A DNA stretch of 63,917 bases, counting the filler, from Folioceros fuciformis (lineage: Eukaryota): NCBI GenBank assembly GCA_049999805.1. It is 14 parts of 14 records of this genome, joined end to end, with 100 filler letters (N's around TTAATTAATTAA, not from the genome) between each part and the next. Parts side by side here need not be neighbours in the genome. Positions count along the whole stretch, not along the records: positions 1 to 7,037 come from JBNGIO010003267.1; positions 7,138 to 10,769 come from JBNGIO010003271.1; positions 10,870 to 17,415 come from JBNGIO010003272.1; 11 more parts are not named here. One strand, 5' to 3'. The position numbers and the translations under genes were made by a program. Below are positions 1-11,690 of this stretch, piece after piece (within the stretch, counting starts at the first letter, position 1; each line of letters opens with the position of its first letter). The notes beneath the pieces were generated by a model. It was not told where the DNA came from and searched no databases. It was given only the letters and a program-made list of their open reading frames with translations.

Positions 1-316
1 AGGCCTGGATCACCAGACCCCGCCTAGCCTGGATTCCTACAGCCTCTAGGCTGTTGGGTCGCCGGCCAGCATTTGCCTGGACCAGCATCTGCCTGGACCA
101 GCTGCTAGGCAGTGCCGGATCGGCCTATCCTTCCGGACCCGGTCATGCAGCCCACTGCTGGGCCGCCTACTGTTGGTCGGGTCTGTCCCCTCGTAGTGCT
201 GCCTACCTTCTGCCGGGCTGGGACGGCTGCTGGCTAAGCTCTTTAGCCGCTGCCTCCAACTAGCAGAACACCCTTGCTAGACCCCACCGCCAGCCGGTGT
301 AGGGTTATTAAAGCCC

Positions 317-408
317 AATGTGCTTAGGCTAATGTGTTTAGTCTAAGATTAGTGTCTAGTTAATGTGCTTAGACTCATGTGTTTAGTCTAAGATTAGTGT
401 CTAGTTAA
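317..408. repeat. 45-bp tandem duplication in probable LTR/non-coding element DNA
   Basis: AATGTGCTTAG(G/A)CT(A/C)ATGTGTTTAGTCTAAGATTAGTGTCTAGTT occurs twice in tandem; a TATAAATA motif lies about 100 bp downstream at 510. Confidence 0.8.
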
Positions 409-1492
409 GTATCATTAGTTTAGATTAGCTTAAGCTAATATGTAGGAAGCTTCTTGCGCAGCTTCCTGTGAGCTTCTTGTGAAGCTTCCTATGGAGCTCT
501 TCTAGAGGGTATAAATACCCCCTTGAGCTCCCTTGCCAACTACTCTCAATGTGACCTCTTTTTTTCTCCTCTCCTCTCTGCCTCCTCTTCTCCTCTCCTC
601 CACCATGCTCCTCTAGTGATCCTACAGCCGGCCTGCTCCCGCTGCTGTCGACGATCCGGCCAGCCCGCCGCTTGGCCATGGTCCAGCCAGTCGGCATGGC
701 TGCCTAGATCCGCAGGCCCGCCTGCCTGCTTGCAGCCGGCCCAGGTTCACTGCTGTCGAGACTCCTCAGCAGCCCATCACCTGCCATCAACCGGCATGCC
801 GGCTGCCCATGCGTGCCTCCCGGATCCGGCCAGCCAGCCAGCCTACCCGGCCTGGCTACCTGGCGCAACTGATGTTGTTGGCTGTCTGGGACGCTGGGCT
901 ATTGGCTAGGCTCCTTAGCAGCCTGCTAGACCACCAGCTAGCCACCGGCCTGTCATAGATTGCCCCGGCGACCTGCCATAGGCCACCGCACCGCCTTGCC
1001 CCCATCTGGCCTACCTCCACCGCTGCGGGGATGCCTACCTCTTTTATATCTACCCCTGGCCAACTCCGCCAGCCAAAGCCCGGTTGTTGTCGGCCCCCGA
1101 TCTGACCAGATCCAGGCCATCGCCCCGATCCCGCCGGTCTACTAATCTGGCCACATGTGCTCTCGTGATCCCTATCCACCCAATGCACCTAGGTAGCGTC
1201 CCGACACCTCCATCCCGTCCCCAGCTTCCACCAACAGTCTCCCAGAGAGAGCCAAGCCCCGCTCGCCTTCCATGACGTCTTGGGGTTTACTATTCCTCCA
1301 TCACCTTACTCCAGGGACCAGAGCCCACGTCCTATCTACCACACAATCTACCTACCCTATCGACTCACCATCAATCTAGCTACTATTCTAACCTAATCTC
1401 CCAACCTTTCCTCTACAACACTCACTCACAAATCCAAAAAAAAGAAAACCTATCATTTCCCAGGGGTCTGTTCAGCATGTGGAATCCACACC

Positions 1493-1630
1493 AACCCTCC
1501 ATCCACAGCAGCAAGGAACCCCATCGCTCCTTCGTGGGAACGGAACCCAATGTCTCAACGATAGTGGGATAAGTGTGGCCACTAAAGGTGGAACCCGTCG
1601 GCAATTAGTGCCCGTGGTTTTGCCTCCACA
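1493..1630 (+). mobile_element. Terminus of a repeated LTR family ('LTR-X'), copy 1
   Basis: Reverse complement of the sequence starting at 15851, 39193 and 51832. It ends in ...GCCTCCACA and abuts copia RT coding sequence. Confidence 0.8.
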
Positions 1631-2130
1631 CTTGGTATCAATGTATTGACGAGTTCTTACTTGAGCTTGGCTTCAAAAAGAGTGATGCTGATTCAAATGT
1701 ATATTTCCTACAAGAAGACACAGAAGGCTTCGTGGTGTTAGCATTATATGTGGACGACTGCATCTGGCTTGGCTCAGACCTTGAAGGCATAAACAAAGTA
1801 AAAGGACTCTTATCTAGCAGGTTTGATATGGTTGATGTAAGGGAACTCTCATATTGTCTTGGCACGCAACTCCTGCAAGATACATCAAATGGCACTTTGA
1901 TCATTCACCAAGAGAAATATATTCACGATATGCTGTTTAAATATAAGTTGACAGCTGCTAAACCGATGGAAGCAAGTAGTAGGCTTACTGCTGAGCATTC
2001 TCCTGTTACTGATTTTGAGAAGCTGTAGATGGAAAGTGTACCTTATTCTTAGGCTGTAGGGTCGCTCATATCCTATTCAAATCAGACAAGGCCAGATATA
2101 TCACTACCTGTTAGTATGACTTCTCAATTT
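1631..2130 (+). mobile_element. Ty1/copia reverse transcriptase fragment, degenerate
   Basis: WYQCIDEFL...SDADSNVY...LALYVDD motif, with in-frame TAG stops downstream. Confidence 0.9.
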
Positions 2131-2277
2131 CGTAAACAACTTGGAAGAACTTAAAGGTTGGACTAGGATCGATAGATTGGAAGTCGGGATGGCTTGAAAG
2201 ATTGCAAGAATAAATTATTGAGACCATGTGGTCTAGTTGTAAGAATGTGGGGACACCCGTTGGTGGTGTCCCGTAAC

Positions 2278-2414
2278 TGTCTTTTTGGGTCACGACCCTC
2301 AGCGGCATCTATAGAAATCTAACGATTACTATCTGATGCCCTAATTAGATAATGTTATTTTTTTGTTTAATGCTGGATATATATATATTTAGTAAATACT
2401 TATTTCTACCTTTA
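2278..2414 (-). mobile_element. Short 3' LTR (~137 bp) of a minus-strand copia, with PPT AAGTGGGAG at 2415-2423
   Basis: Lies next to CTCCCACTT and shares the GG(T/A)CACGACCCT..AG...TCTATAG block with the LTR at 43460-43578. Boundaries are inferred. Confidence 0.6.
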
Positions 2415-2488
2415 CTCCCACTTAGCTAGCATTAAAAAACAAGTTACTTCTCGGTTACTTCACAGTCAGTCTGCAATGAGCTTTCTCC

Positions 2489-2747
2489 ATGATGTCTGAG
2501 CATGAGCTTGAGATCACAAAGTTACTTGCGCTGGTGACGTTCCTGGTTGCAGCCTTTTTGCACTGCTGCTCATGTTCCGTGTACAAGGAGTTCGCCAAGC
2601 TATATACTCTTGAGAGAGAACTGAAACTTGCACACTCAAAAATGGGGTCTCACTCAAGGAATGCCATGCCTCACAGCTAGGGGCCCAGTTCAGGTGTACT
2701 AGAATTGCTCCCACTGCATCTGTTGTGGATTTGTCGTGAAGTGCTAA
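2489..2747 (+). pseudogene. Antisense accessory ORF (family A) in the copia 3' region; small membrane protein, frameshifted
   Basis: Hydrophobic segment LLALVTFLVAAFL followed by TLERELKLAHSK. After a 1-nt shift it reads MGLTQGMPCL...NCSHCICCG. Homologous to the ORF starting at 43669. Confidence 0.65.
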
Positions 2748-2787
2748 CTAGGTGGGTAGTGCAGGTGCTATTCATCAAGATCCTTTA

Positions 2788-5185
2788 CTAACCCCATTGC
2801 CTTGGAAAAATTTTCATGTTTATCTCAGGGTAGAGGCTTTGTGAGAAGGTCTGCAATATTTTCATCGTGGACACAAACTGTAGATTAGCGTGCCCATTAG
2901 TGATTACTTGCCTGATGAAGTGATGTTTGATGTCTATATGCTTGGTTCGTGCGTGCATGACAGGGTTTTGGGCAAGAGCTATGGCAGGCTGATTATCACT
3001 CAACAGGAGTGTTAGTTTTGTCTGGGTCTCACCAAGGGATGCCAATAATTCTCTGCCATGGATGATGTCCTGTGCTGCTGTGGTTGCTGATATGTACTCT
3101 GCTTCAGTTGAGGATAGAGCTACAATTGCTTGCTTCTTGCTGTGCCATGCTATTATAGTTGCTTGGTGTTCGTCTTGACCTAGCATCAAACAATGAGCTG
3201 AAATGGAGCATCGACTGTCAGAGTCAGATGCCCAATCAGCATCACAGTAGCACGTTAGAAGCAGGTTTCGTGGTCGTTGAGTATACAAAAGTCCAAGATT
3301 GGGAGCGCCTCCAAGATAACGCATACATCTCTGTACAACATTCCAATATGCTGCAACATAATTTGAGAGAAATTGTGAGGTTACTCCAACAGCATGTGAC
3401 AGCTCATGATGTGTCCAGTTGCGGAAGTATATCAGCACTCCCCACTGCACGTCTATACGGTATTTTGTCCATTTGGATTCGCTCTTGTTCATTTTGTGGG
3501 CACTGCTCCAATGTGAGCTTCTCACCAGTGGCCATGGGTGTTGCTGCAGGTGTGGCGTTCTGCAGTCTAAAACGTGCAAGGACTTGATGCACAAACTGTG
3601 CTTGATGAATGAAAATGGTGTGCCTAGCCAAGTTCTGATGTATCTATATGCCTAAGAACCAGGTAAGTTGACCTAGATTTGTCATCGAGAACTCGGAGGT
3701 AAGTATAGACTTGACCTTGTTCATCAATGTAGGGTTGCTAGAGATTATTACAGCATCATCAACATATAACGCTAAGTATGCTACACCATTCTTGTCAGGT
3801 AGTTTATAGACGTTGGAGTCTGCATTGCTTTGGACAAAGCCACAATTTTTCAGGTAGGTGTCTATCCTTTGATACCATTCACGTGGTGATTGTTTTAACC
3901 CATACAGGGTTTTAATGAGTCTGCATACCTTCGTTAGGTGCTTGGTGTCAATGTACCCTTCTGGTTGGCGCATGTAAATTGTTTCTTCTAAGTTTCCATT
4001 GAGGAATGCTGTTTTTACATCCAAGTGCTGTAGAAGGAAGTCATGTTGAGCTGCGATGGCTAGCAAGGTGCGGATAGATGTTGCCCAAACCACAGGAGAA
4101 AAAGTTTCTGTGTAGTCCAGCCCCTCCACTTGACTGTATCCACGTGCCACAAGTCTTGCTTTAAATCTTGCAACTGTTCCATCAGCAGCGAGCTTTCGCT
4201 TGAACACCCACTTACAAGTGACTACCTTCCTTCTAGGTGGTAAGTCTTCCAGTACCCATGTCTTGTTGTCCATAATAGATTTGTATTCAGATTCAATTGC
4301 TTCAATCCATTTTTCTTTGTCTGGAGAATTGATGGCTTCCTGGAATGACTGGGGTTCCCCCGTATCAAGTGGGCTGATGTCGTCTTGAACTAGGAATGAA
4401 TGGTACGTCAGAGGAGGAGTGCTCCAGTCTACAGGGGACATAGTGTGCCGTCGTGTGCCAAGGTCCGTACCTCGCCTGAGTGCTGGAGCTTGAGCTGCTG
4501 GAGGTATGTTTACCACTTCGTCCTATGTCTCCTGCAAGCCATCTGAGCGAGTTTCTAATTCAGTATTGGCTTGCTGTGACTCACCCATTGATTCCTCATC
4601 ATCATCCTCAGGGAAATCACTAGGCTTCTCATGACTGACACTATCAAAAGGTGACATAGTGTGAATTGCTTGTGAGGAGGTGGAAGGTTGTGAGGACGTT
4701 GTTCTATGAGTTGTTACTGATGTGTAACCTTCATCGTTGCTGGTATCTGGATCAAACTGAAGGTTAGAATGTGCCTCATCTATTAAGGTAGGGTTTGAAG
4801 GGGGTGTCAGCAGTAACTGTTCATGGAATACTACACTCCGTGCATGTATTGTAGTTCTAGTTGCTGGATCTAGAAGCTTATAGCCCTTAATCCCTTCAGT
4901 GTAGCCTACAAAAACGTACTTCTTGGCTTTGTAATCTAACTTAACCCGTTGTTTTTCTGCCAAGTGTGCATAGGCTAGATATCCAAAGATCCTCAAGTGA
5001 TTGATGCGTGGTTTGTGACTGGTCCATCTCTCAAAAGGTGTGGCCCCACTGAAAGCCTTAGTAGGAAGTCTGTTTTGGCTGTAGGCTGCTGTGGCTACAG
5101 CTTCACCCCAATAGCCTCGAGAGAGACCAGAAAGTTTTAACATAGCCTTGGCTGCACACTGAAGATGCTTGTTATTCAACTCCGC
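2788..5185 (-). mobile_element. Ty1/copia pol (integrase C-terminus, RT, RNase H), frameshifted
   Basis: YWGEAVATAAY, KARLVARGY, LYGLKQSPREW, YVDD, DADW and HARTKHIDIKHHF motifs in INT-RT-RH order. Confidence 0.95.
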
Positions 5186-5392
5186 TGTTAAAGTTTTTGA
5201 GAGCAACGCATGCTCACTCAATTGCCAAAACAAAAAAGGATTCTTAAATTAAGCACTGATGTCTTATATACAAAAATGTCAAGAGTCCTAAACTTTAGGC
5301 TGCTAACAACAGCTACGTTTACTTATGTATATATAAATATATATATATATAACCCTGAGCCCAGATTATATATCGTAACACGCCCCCTTAAA
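5186..5392 (-). mobile_element. 3' LTR (5186-5380, TGTTA...TAACA) plus PPT of a copia inserted into the integrase of the preceding element
   Basis: 5-bp terminal inverted repeat, adjacent CGCCCCCTTA (PPT on the minus strand), and integrase similarity that stops at 5185. Confidence 0.8.
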
Positions 5393-5450
5393 CGGAGCTT
5401 TCTGTTAGCAACGCAGAAAAGTTGGCAGACTTGGTGGGATCCTTCACACA

Positions 5451-5750
5451 ATGGCTGGCAGGATGCGCGTTCATGATCGCCGTTTTCCTCCTGAGCCAGC
5501 ACATCAAAGAACAGCAGAGAAAACAGAGAAAAAAAAACAGGGGCGCAACCTCGAACACCGGTATTTGAGGAGCAGAGGGTGCGACTTCACAACGGACCAG
5601 AAATGGAAGCTCACAGGATGGGAGTGCCGGCTATGGATTGCTTTCTCAGCTGTGAAGGCTCCCGAACCACAATATCTGATGACAGAAGAAGAGATGCTGA
5701 CAGAACAGCTGAAGAAGGCTGCCGCTTGTCCCCTTCCTCCAAAGAAGTGA
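5451..5750 (+). CDS. 99-aa ORF antisense to copia pol, between the pol end and the PPT; function unknown
   Basis: Intact ATG-initiated ORF starting 70 nt from the 3' LTR. No homolog recognised. Confidence 0.35.
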   Translation: MAGRMRVHDRRFPPEPAHQRTAEKTEKKKQGRNLEHRYLRSRGCDFTTDQKWKLTGWECRLWIAFSAVKAPEPQYLMTEEEMLTEQLKKAAACPLPPKK

Positions 5751-5837
5751 CTGCTGTGACCTTTCAGCTGCAGTGTGCGATTAGGACTGAACTGTTGAGC
5801 TTCATCCGCACCACCTGTAGCTGTTAGACCATAAATG

Positions 5838-7037
5838 CTAGGGAGAAGGACAAGACTCCACACCAAGAGCTTCCATAAACTGATGATGTTTGCTAGCAGG
5901 CAGATACTTGGTCAACAAATCTGCCGGATTAAGATCTGTGGAGACATGCTGGAGCCTGACCACCTTCTCCTCCGCTTGTTGGCGAATAAAGTGATGTTGC
6001 ACTTCAATGTGCTTGGTACGTGCGTGAATATGAATTATGTGACAATTCACGCATATATGACGCATAATATTTTACGCATATAATTATACGATATTATGTA
6101 TAATGACGCATATATTGTACGCATAATACTGTCATAGTCATATGAATTGTGGAGATGTTATCACAATGGAGAAGCGTCGGCTGCTGCTGCGGAAACCCAA
6201 GGCCCTGCAGGAAGGCACGCTCCCAAACAGCTTCCTTGGCAACTTCAGTTGGGGCTTTGTACTCTGCCTTGGTAGAGGATAGAGACACAGAAGCTTGCTT
6301 CTTAGAGCTCCACTGGACAGCGGCATTAGAAAGGATGAAACAGTAGGCTGATATGCTTCGCCTGGCATCTGGATTGGTGGCCCAATCGGCATTAGCAAAT
6401 CCAAACACAGTAGGTGTGCTATCTCGCCCCCTGAAGCATAAGCCGTAAGTCATCGTGCCTTTCAGATACCGTAAGATGCGCTTAACCGCACTCTAGTGGG
6501 CCTGACCAGGATTGTCAAGAAATTGTGAAACCGAGCTGACAGCATATTGGATATCCGGACGAGTCCAGCAGCTGATGTAGTTTAAACATCCAACCGCATG
6601 ACGATATGGATACTGGGACATGGCCTGACGCGCAGCATCATCAGTAGGGCAATCGTCAGCAGAAAGTTTAAGACCAGGAACACCAGGAGTAGACACAGGA
6701 TTGGAAGAAGCCAGATGGAATCGGTGGAGAGTCTCAACGATATACTTGCTTTGGTGAAGCATAAGAGTTTGCTCATCCAGGTTACGAACCAACTGAACGC
6801 CAAGCACAAAGGTGAGAGGGCCGATATCTTTCATGTCGAATTTCTTATGCAGCATACTCTTAACCCAAGCGAGTAACTCCGGATTGTTGGATGCCAGAAT
6901 GGCATCATCAACATAAAGAGCCAAGATGACAAGATGGCCTCCCTTAGAGTACATATACACGTTGGCATCACCAGGGTTCTGCACAAAACTGATGGATTTG
7001 AGGTACTTATCGATGGTTTTGTACCATCCACGTGCAG
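5838..7037 (-). mobile_element. Ty1/copia RT-RNase H, degenerate
   Basis: LALYVDD, WTRPDI, NADWA and HARTKHIEVQHHF motifs. Confidence 0.95.
6040..6134. mobile_element. 95-bp AT-rich insertion with TGACA/TGTCA termini inside RNase H coding sequence
   Basis: Interrupts the IHMT...HARTKH motif and contains five ACGCATA copies. Confidence 0.65.
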
Positions 7038-7137
7038 NNNNNNNNNNNNNNNNNNNNNNNNNNNNNNNNNNNNNNNNNNNNTTAATTAATTAANNNNNNN
7101 NNNNNNNNNNNNNNNNNNNNNNNNNNNNNNNNNNNNN
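7038..7137. other. Artificial contig spacer, first of 13; the others start at 10770, 17416, 19793, 26467, 29335, 42184, 44392, 47548, 49854, 52314, 55237 and 58418
   Basis: Identical 100-bp N-runs, each with a central TTAATTAATTAA that gives stops in all six frames. Confidence 0.98.
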
Positions 7138-10100
7138 ACCAAGCTGCTTCATTTTATATTCCTCTGCGAGCTTCTGTTTAATGTTTGCCATGAGTGGTTT
7201 GCTGGTTGCAGCAACCATTAGATCGTCTACGTATAACGCAATTATGACCATGCCAGAGTCATTCAGCAAGACGTACATGTTAGGAACGGAGTCTGCATTG
7301 ACAAACCCAAGAGATAGTAAGTAAGCATTGATTATGTTATACCACGCTCTAGAAGCCTGTTTGAGACCGTAAAGGGCCTTGAGTAATTTGCAAGCTTTCC
7401 GTTCCTGCTTCTTTTGCACGTACCCTTGAGGTTGGCTAACATAGATCGTCTCTTCCAGGTCGCCATAGAGGAATGATGTGGTGACATCCATGTGCTCAAG
7501 CTCTAAATTAAGCTCAGCTGTCAGAGCAAGTAGAAATCTAACTGTTGAAGTTCGAACCACTAGAGAGTACAGTTCATGTTCGAGGTAGTCAATTCCATTC
7601 TGTTGTCGAAACCCCCTAGCAATGAATCTGGCTTTGAATCTTTCGATAGTTCCATCTGCTTTGAACTTCTTTTTAAAAACCCATTTGGAGTCGATTGCTC
7701 TGCGGCCCGGTGGAGGCTCTTCAAGTATCCAGGTTTTGTTTTCCATGAGGGAAGCATATTCTTTGTCTGCAGCTTTGACCCATTTGTCCTTCTCTAGACT
7801 GTTCATAGCCTCATCCCAATTGAGGGTCCCTGAGACTTCTGATGCTGCTATAAGAATTTGTGCTAAATGTCCCGGATCAGTCTTCATTGTGGAGTCACTG
7901 TCCTGATGAGAGCTAAGAGCCGACATAGTTGCGATTGCAGTACTTGGTTCATTATTTTTCCAATAATCTATAGGACTAAACGAGGGTTGTACCCATTCTT
8001 GCCTGTTTCTAGTGTGGTGTTTGGAAGACCTCCTTAGAGGAGGTAATTCAAGTTCAGGTACTTCGGACTCCTGATCAGCAGGTGTAGCATCAATGACATC
8101 ATCATCAGGTGAATCTTCGTGGTTAGTTAGTTGAGCTGAATAGTCTCTTTGATTCATAAACTCAGTAGTCTCAGAATCCGTGTCAATTTCGGGGGGTGCG
8201 GCTGATGGTATAGTCGCGGATGGTGTATTGACAGTGGGTGAAATTGTCGAAGGTACTATAGAGGTCGTTGAAGCGGCAACTGAAGATTGTACTCCCACTG
8301 AGTTTGAAAGAGGTAAGATGTCTGTAGATAGCGACTGCAATAATTCTCCCACACGCTCGTGCACATCAGCAGGTTCAAAATGTACATAGGTTGATTCCAT
8401 AGACTGAGCCTGATGGGGCTGAAGTGCTGCGGCTTCGTTGACGAGCACACTACGTGTGAACCGAGGAGTGTGTGTGGTAGGATGTAGCAACTTATAAGCC
8501 TTCAACAAGTATCCAACAAGTATATACTGCTCAGATCTAGCGTCAAACTTTGTCTGCAAAGCGGATGGGACATACACATAGCTGGGTGACACAAACACAC
8601 GTATGTGTGCTAAGGAAGGCTTAAGGCCAGTCCATAAGGTAAATGGAATCTAACCACCGATAGCCACAGAGGGTAACCTATTGAGAATGTAATTGGCTGT
8701 ATCAACTGCCTCTACCCAGTAGTGTTTGCTCACACCAACCTGCAGTAGCATTGTGCATGCGAAATACTGTAGGACTTGATGTTTATTTTCAGCCACCCCG
8801 TTCATGGTAGAGGAGTGTGGAACTGTAACCTGTTTGACAATACCACGCTCTGAGCAGAACGCAACAAATGCGTTGGAGTTTAATTCGCCAGCGCCATCTG
8901 TGCGTAACTGTTTGAGTGAACGCTCTGTTTGTCTTTCTGCCATTGACACATACTCTTGAAAAGTCTGAAGCGCTTGGCTTTTCTTTTGTAGAAAGTAAGT
9001 GAAGGTCATTCACGAGTAGACAAACGGCATAAAATAGATGGAGCCTCCGAAGGAAGGTGTCGAGATAGGTCCACATAGATCTGTGTGTACAAGATCTAGC
9101 GGCGCTGAGGCTTTGTATGAGGACATCTTAGAATAACGTGTTTGCTTAATCTTGCCTTTTGCACAAGCATCACAGAACGGAATATCTGTCAAGGTGGGCA
9201 TCTTATGCTGGTAGAGGTCCTCGTTGGACAGTTCAGCAAGTCGTTTATTACTCACGTGGCCAAGCTTGGCATGCCAGAGCACGGAAGGGTCTACAAGACC
9301 CTGACTTGCTTGTGAAGTGACTAGCACTGTTGGTGGAGGTAAGTGAGAATACAAATTGAGCTTGTATAGGTCCTCCATAAGTTGTCCTGATAATAGGGGT
9401 TTGCGGTTAGGCTTGTTTAAAACTCTACATCCTCCTTTGGTGAAATGAATCAAATAGTCTCTAGTATGTAGCAACTTGGAGACACTGACTAGGTTTTTGA
9501 TCATGGTGGGCACGTAAAGGACTTGTTTGAAAGCAAACAGTCGTCCAGAAGAATCTGTGAGAGTCACAGAGCCTACGCCTACAATTTTGCAGGAAGATTT
9601 GTTGCCAACCACTAAATCGTGTCCTTGGTCGAATCTTTGAAGGGAGTCAAAGGCTTGCTCACATACATAGTTACATAAATAGTGAGTGGAACCACTATCC
9701 AGAAACTAGGCACCAGTTTTGCAAAGAGTTGCGGAGGCTGGTAGGCTGCTGACCAGAACTGTCGGTTTCGAGGTTGAGGCCATATAAGATTCTGGTTGCT
9801 GGGGCTTTCGGTGCTCGCCAGCTTGTTTTTTGCGACATTCCTTTTCGCAGTGTCCAGGGATCCTGCACCAGTTGCAGGGTCCCTTTTGATTCTTTCGAGG
9901 ATTGTTGTTTGAGACCTGAGCATTGTAGTTAAAGCTTGCAGATCTTTTGGGTTTCTTGAACTTGCCTTTGGAGGCAAACAGAGCTTTGGGTTCGCTGGCG
10001 TAAGAGCCTGCCAAAGACTTCTTATGTGCATAACGATGCACTTCTTCAGCGAGTAAACTTGCTATTACGTCAGTAAGGGTTACTTCCCTGCCCATTCCAA

Positions 10101-10728
10101 GGGCGACGGCGGCCTTGCTCTGGTTTATAAGACCAAATTGAGATGTTGCAAAGCTAGCATAACTGGGAGGCAGGGAGCCCAAGAGAGCTTCGGCTGCCTC
10201 TGATTCAGTGAGAGTGGTGCCGCAAGATGCAAGTCTAGCCCTTGCTGACCTGAATTGCAAGATGTATCTCTCTACAGGTTCACCCTCCTTCATCACCAGC
10301 GTGTGAAATTGGCAGGTTGCAGCCATTCTGTGTGCCGAGTCAGCCGCTTGATAAAAGCTGGTAAGCCTAGACCACACTCCATGGGAAGTAGGTGCAGTCT
10401 GTGTGTGGTGCATCATAACCCTATCGAGGCCTTGAAGTAAGATACTTCTGGCTCGATTATCTTGGCGACTCCAATTGGCGTGAGCGGGAGTAGTGGCAGC
10501 GGGTTCTAGATCTGCGCCGTTGACAATGTTCCACAAATCGTGCTCTTCGAAGATGGCTTGCATCCTCATAGCCCAGATGTCAAATTCCACGCCTGCAAAC
10601 CTATCTCTGTCTCGAATTTCTACTTTCGCGTTAGTGATATTGTTTGTGACATTGGTGACGTTTCCTCCCGGAGGTGTAGACGGTGGTGCGCTAGTTCCAC
10701 CAGTGACGCCAATTACCACTGGTTCCAC
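7138..10728 (-). mobile_element. Ty1/copia gag-pol (Gag with CCHC knuckle, protease, integrase, RT), lightly disrupted
   Basis: CNWCRIPGHCEKEC knuckle, LWHAKLGH...CDAC, VHTDLCGP, LRTDG, KARFIARGF and YVDD. Its RT overlaps that of 5838-7037, so the two are different copies. Confidence 0.95.
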
Positions 10729-11133
10729 TAGACATCTTGATTGTCTTTTTCTTGGGGAGGATTGGCAGANNNNNNNNNNNNNNNNNNNNNNNNNNNNNNN
10801 NNNNNNNNNNNNNTTAATTAATTAANNNNNNNNNNNNNNNNNNNNNNNNNNNNNNNNNNNNNNNNNNNNTCAGTAAAGTATCAAATAAACCATTTTAGTC
10901 TAAAATTGAAGGCTTAAATCTATTTTACCTTAAAAAAAGAACATTTTTTTTTCTAAAACAATAAAAGTTAAGAAACTAACTACTCCTAAAACATGAAAGC
11001 GGAAGATTTTAACAATAACTAAAACATGCAAATAGCTTTTTGCACAAACACATGATCTTTAAGGCTGTAAATTTTTGTCACCAACAAAAGCATGATAACT
11101 TTCAAAGAGATTCAATTCTCTTTTGAATCTCGT

Positions 11134-11690
11134 TTAAAGTTGTTCCTTATTATCATGCTTAGAAATAAAAGCTTATGTCATTTGACCTAATAAGTGTATT
11201 AACATTCTTAAGTTTTTAATATAAAACATAATACACATTGAAGATATATGTTTTAGTACATGGAGTAGAAAGTTATTTTTTCCTTAGAAAACAAAATCTA
11301 AAAGATATTTTTCTCAAAACTAGGATTCCTATGTACCTCTTTTTTCACTTCGGTTGGAGGATAAAAGCCATTTTTTTTGAAAAATATGCCTTTTGTTCCA
11401 AAATTTCTGGAGGATAAAGGCGCTTTGCCAAGAAGAATGGAACAAGGAAGTCTTTTATGTCTAACTACTTCTCTTTTGAGTCCCATTAAAAGTTGTTCCT
11501 TAGTATGATACTTGGAAATAAAACTTATGTTATTTTATCTATGAATTATATATATATATATATATATAGAATAAAAAGCTAATTTTCTTAAAAATTAGGA
11601 TTACCGTATGCCACTTTTTTTCAATTCGGTTACAGGTTAAAATCCGTTTTCTTTAAAAAATACCCTTTTTCTTCAAAGGTTTGGGGGCCA
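11134..11690. repeat. Degenerate AT-rich direct duplication with a (TA)n tract
   Basis: AAAGTTGTTCCTTA.TAT.AT.CTT.GAAATAAAA at about 11136 and 11489; TAGGATT...TTCGGTT..AGG.TAAAA blocks at about 11321 and 11596. Confidence 0.6.

Noticed and set aside
1-1300. GC-rich overlapping ORFs
   Set aside because: Low-complexity CCAG/GCCG-rich sequence with Pro/Ala/Ser-biased translations, most likely non-coding element DNA.
2232-2272. GGGACACC-N7-GGTGTCCC hairpin followed on the minus strand by CTAG, resembling a Helitron 3' end
   Set aside because: CTAG is followed by A rather than T, and no 5' TC end or RepHel sequence is visible.
7082-7093. TTAATTAATTAA recurring 13 times as a possible biological motif
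   Set aside because: It is always centred in 100-bp N-runs, so it is an assembly spacer. ORFs ending in X...LIN are artefacts.
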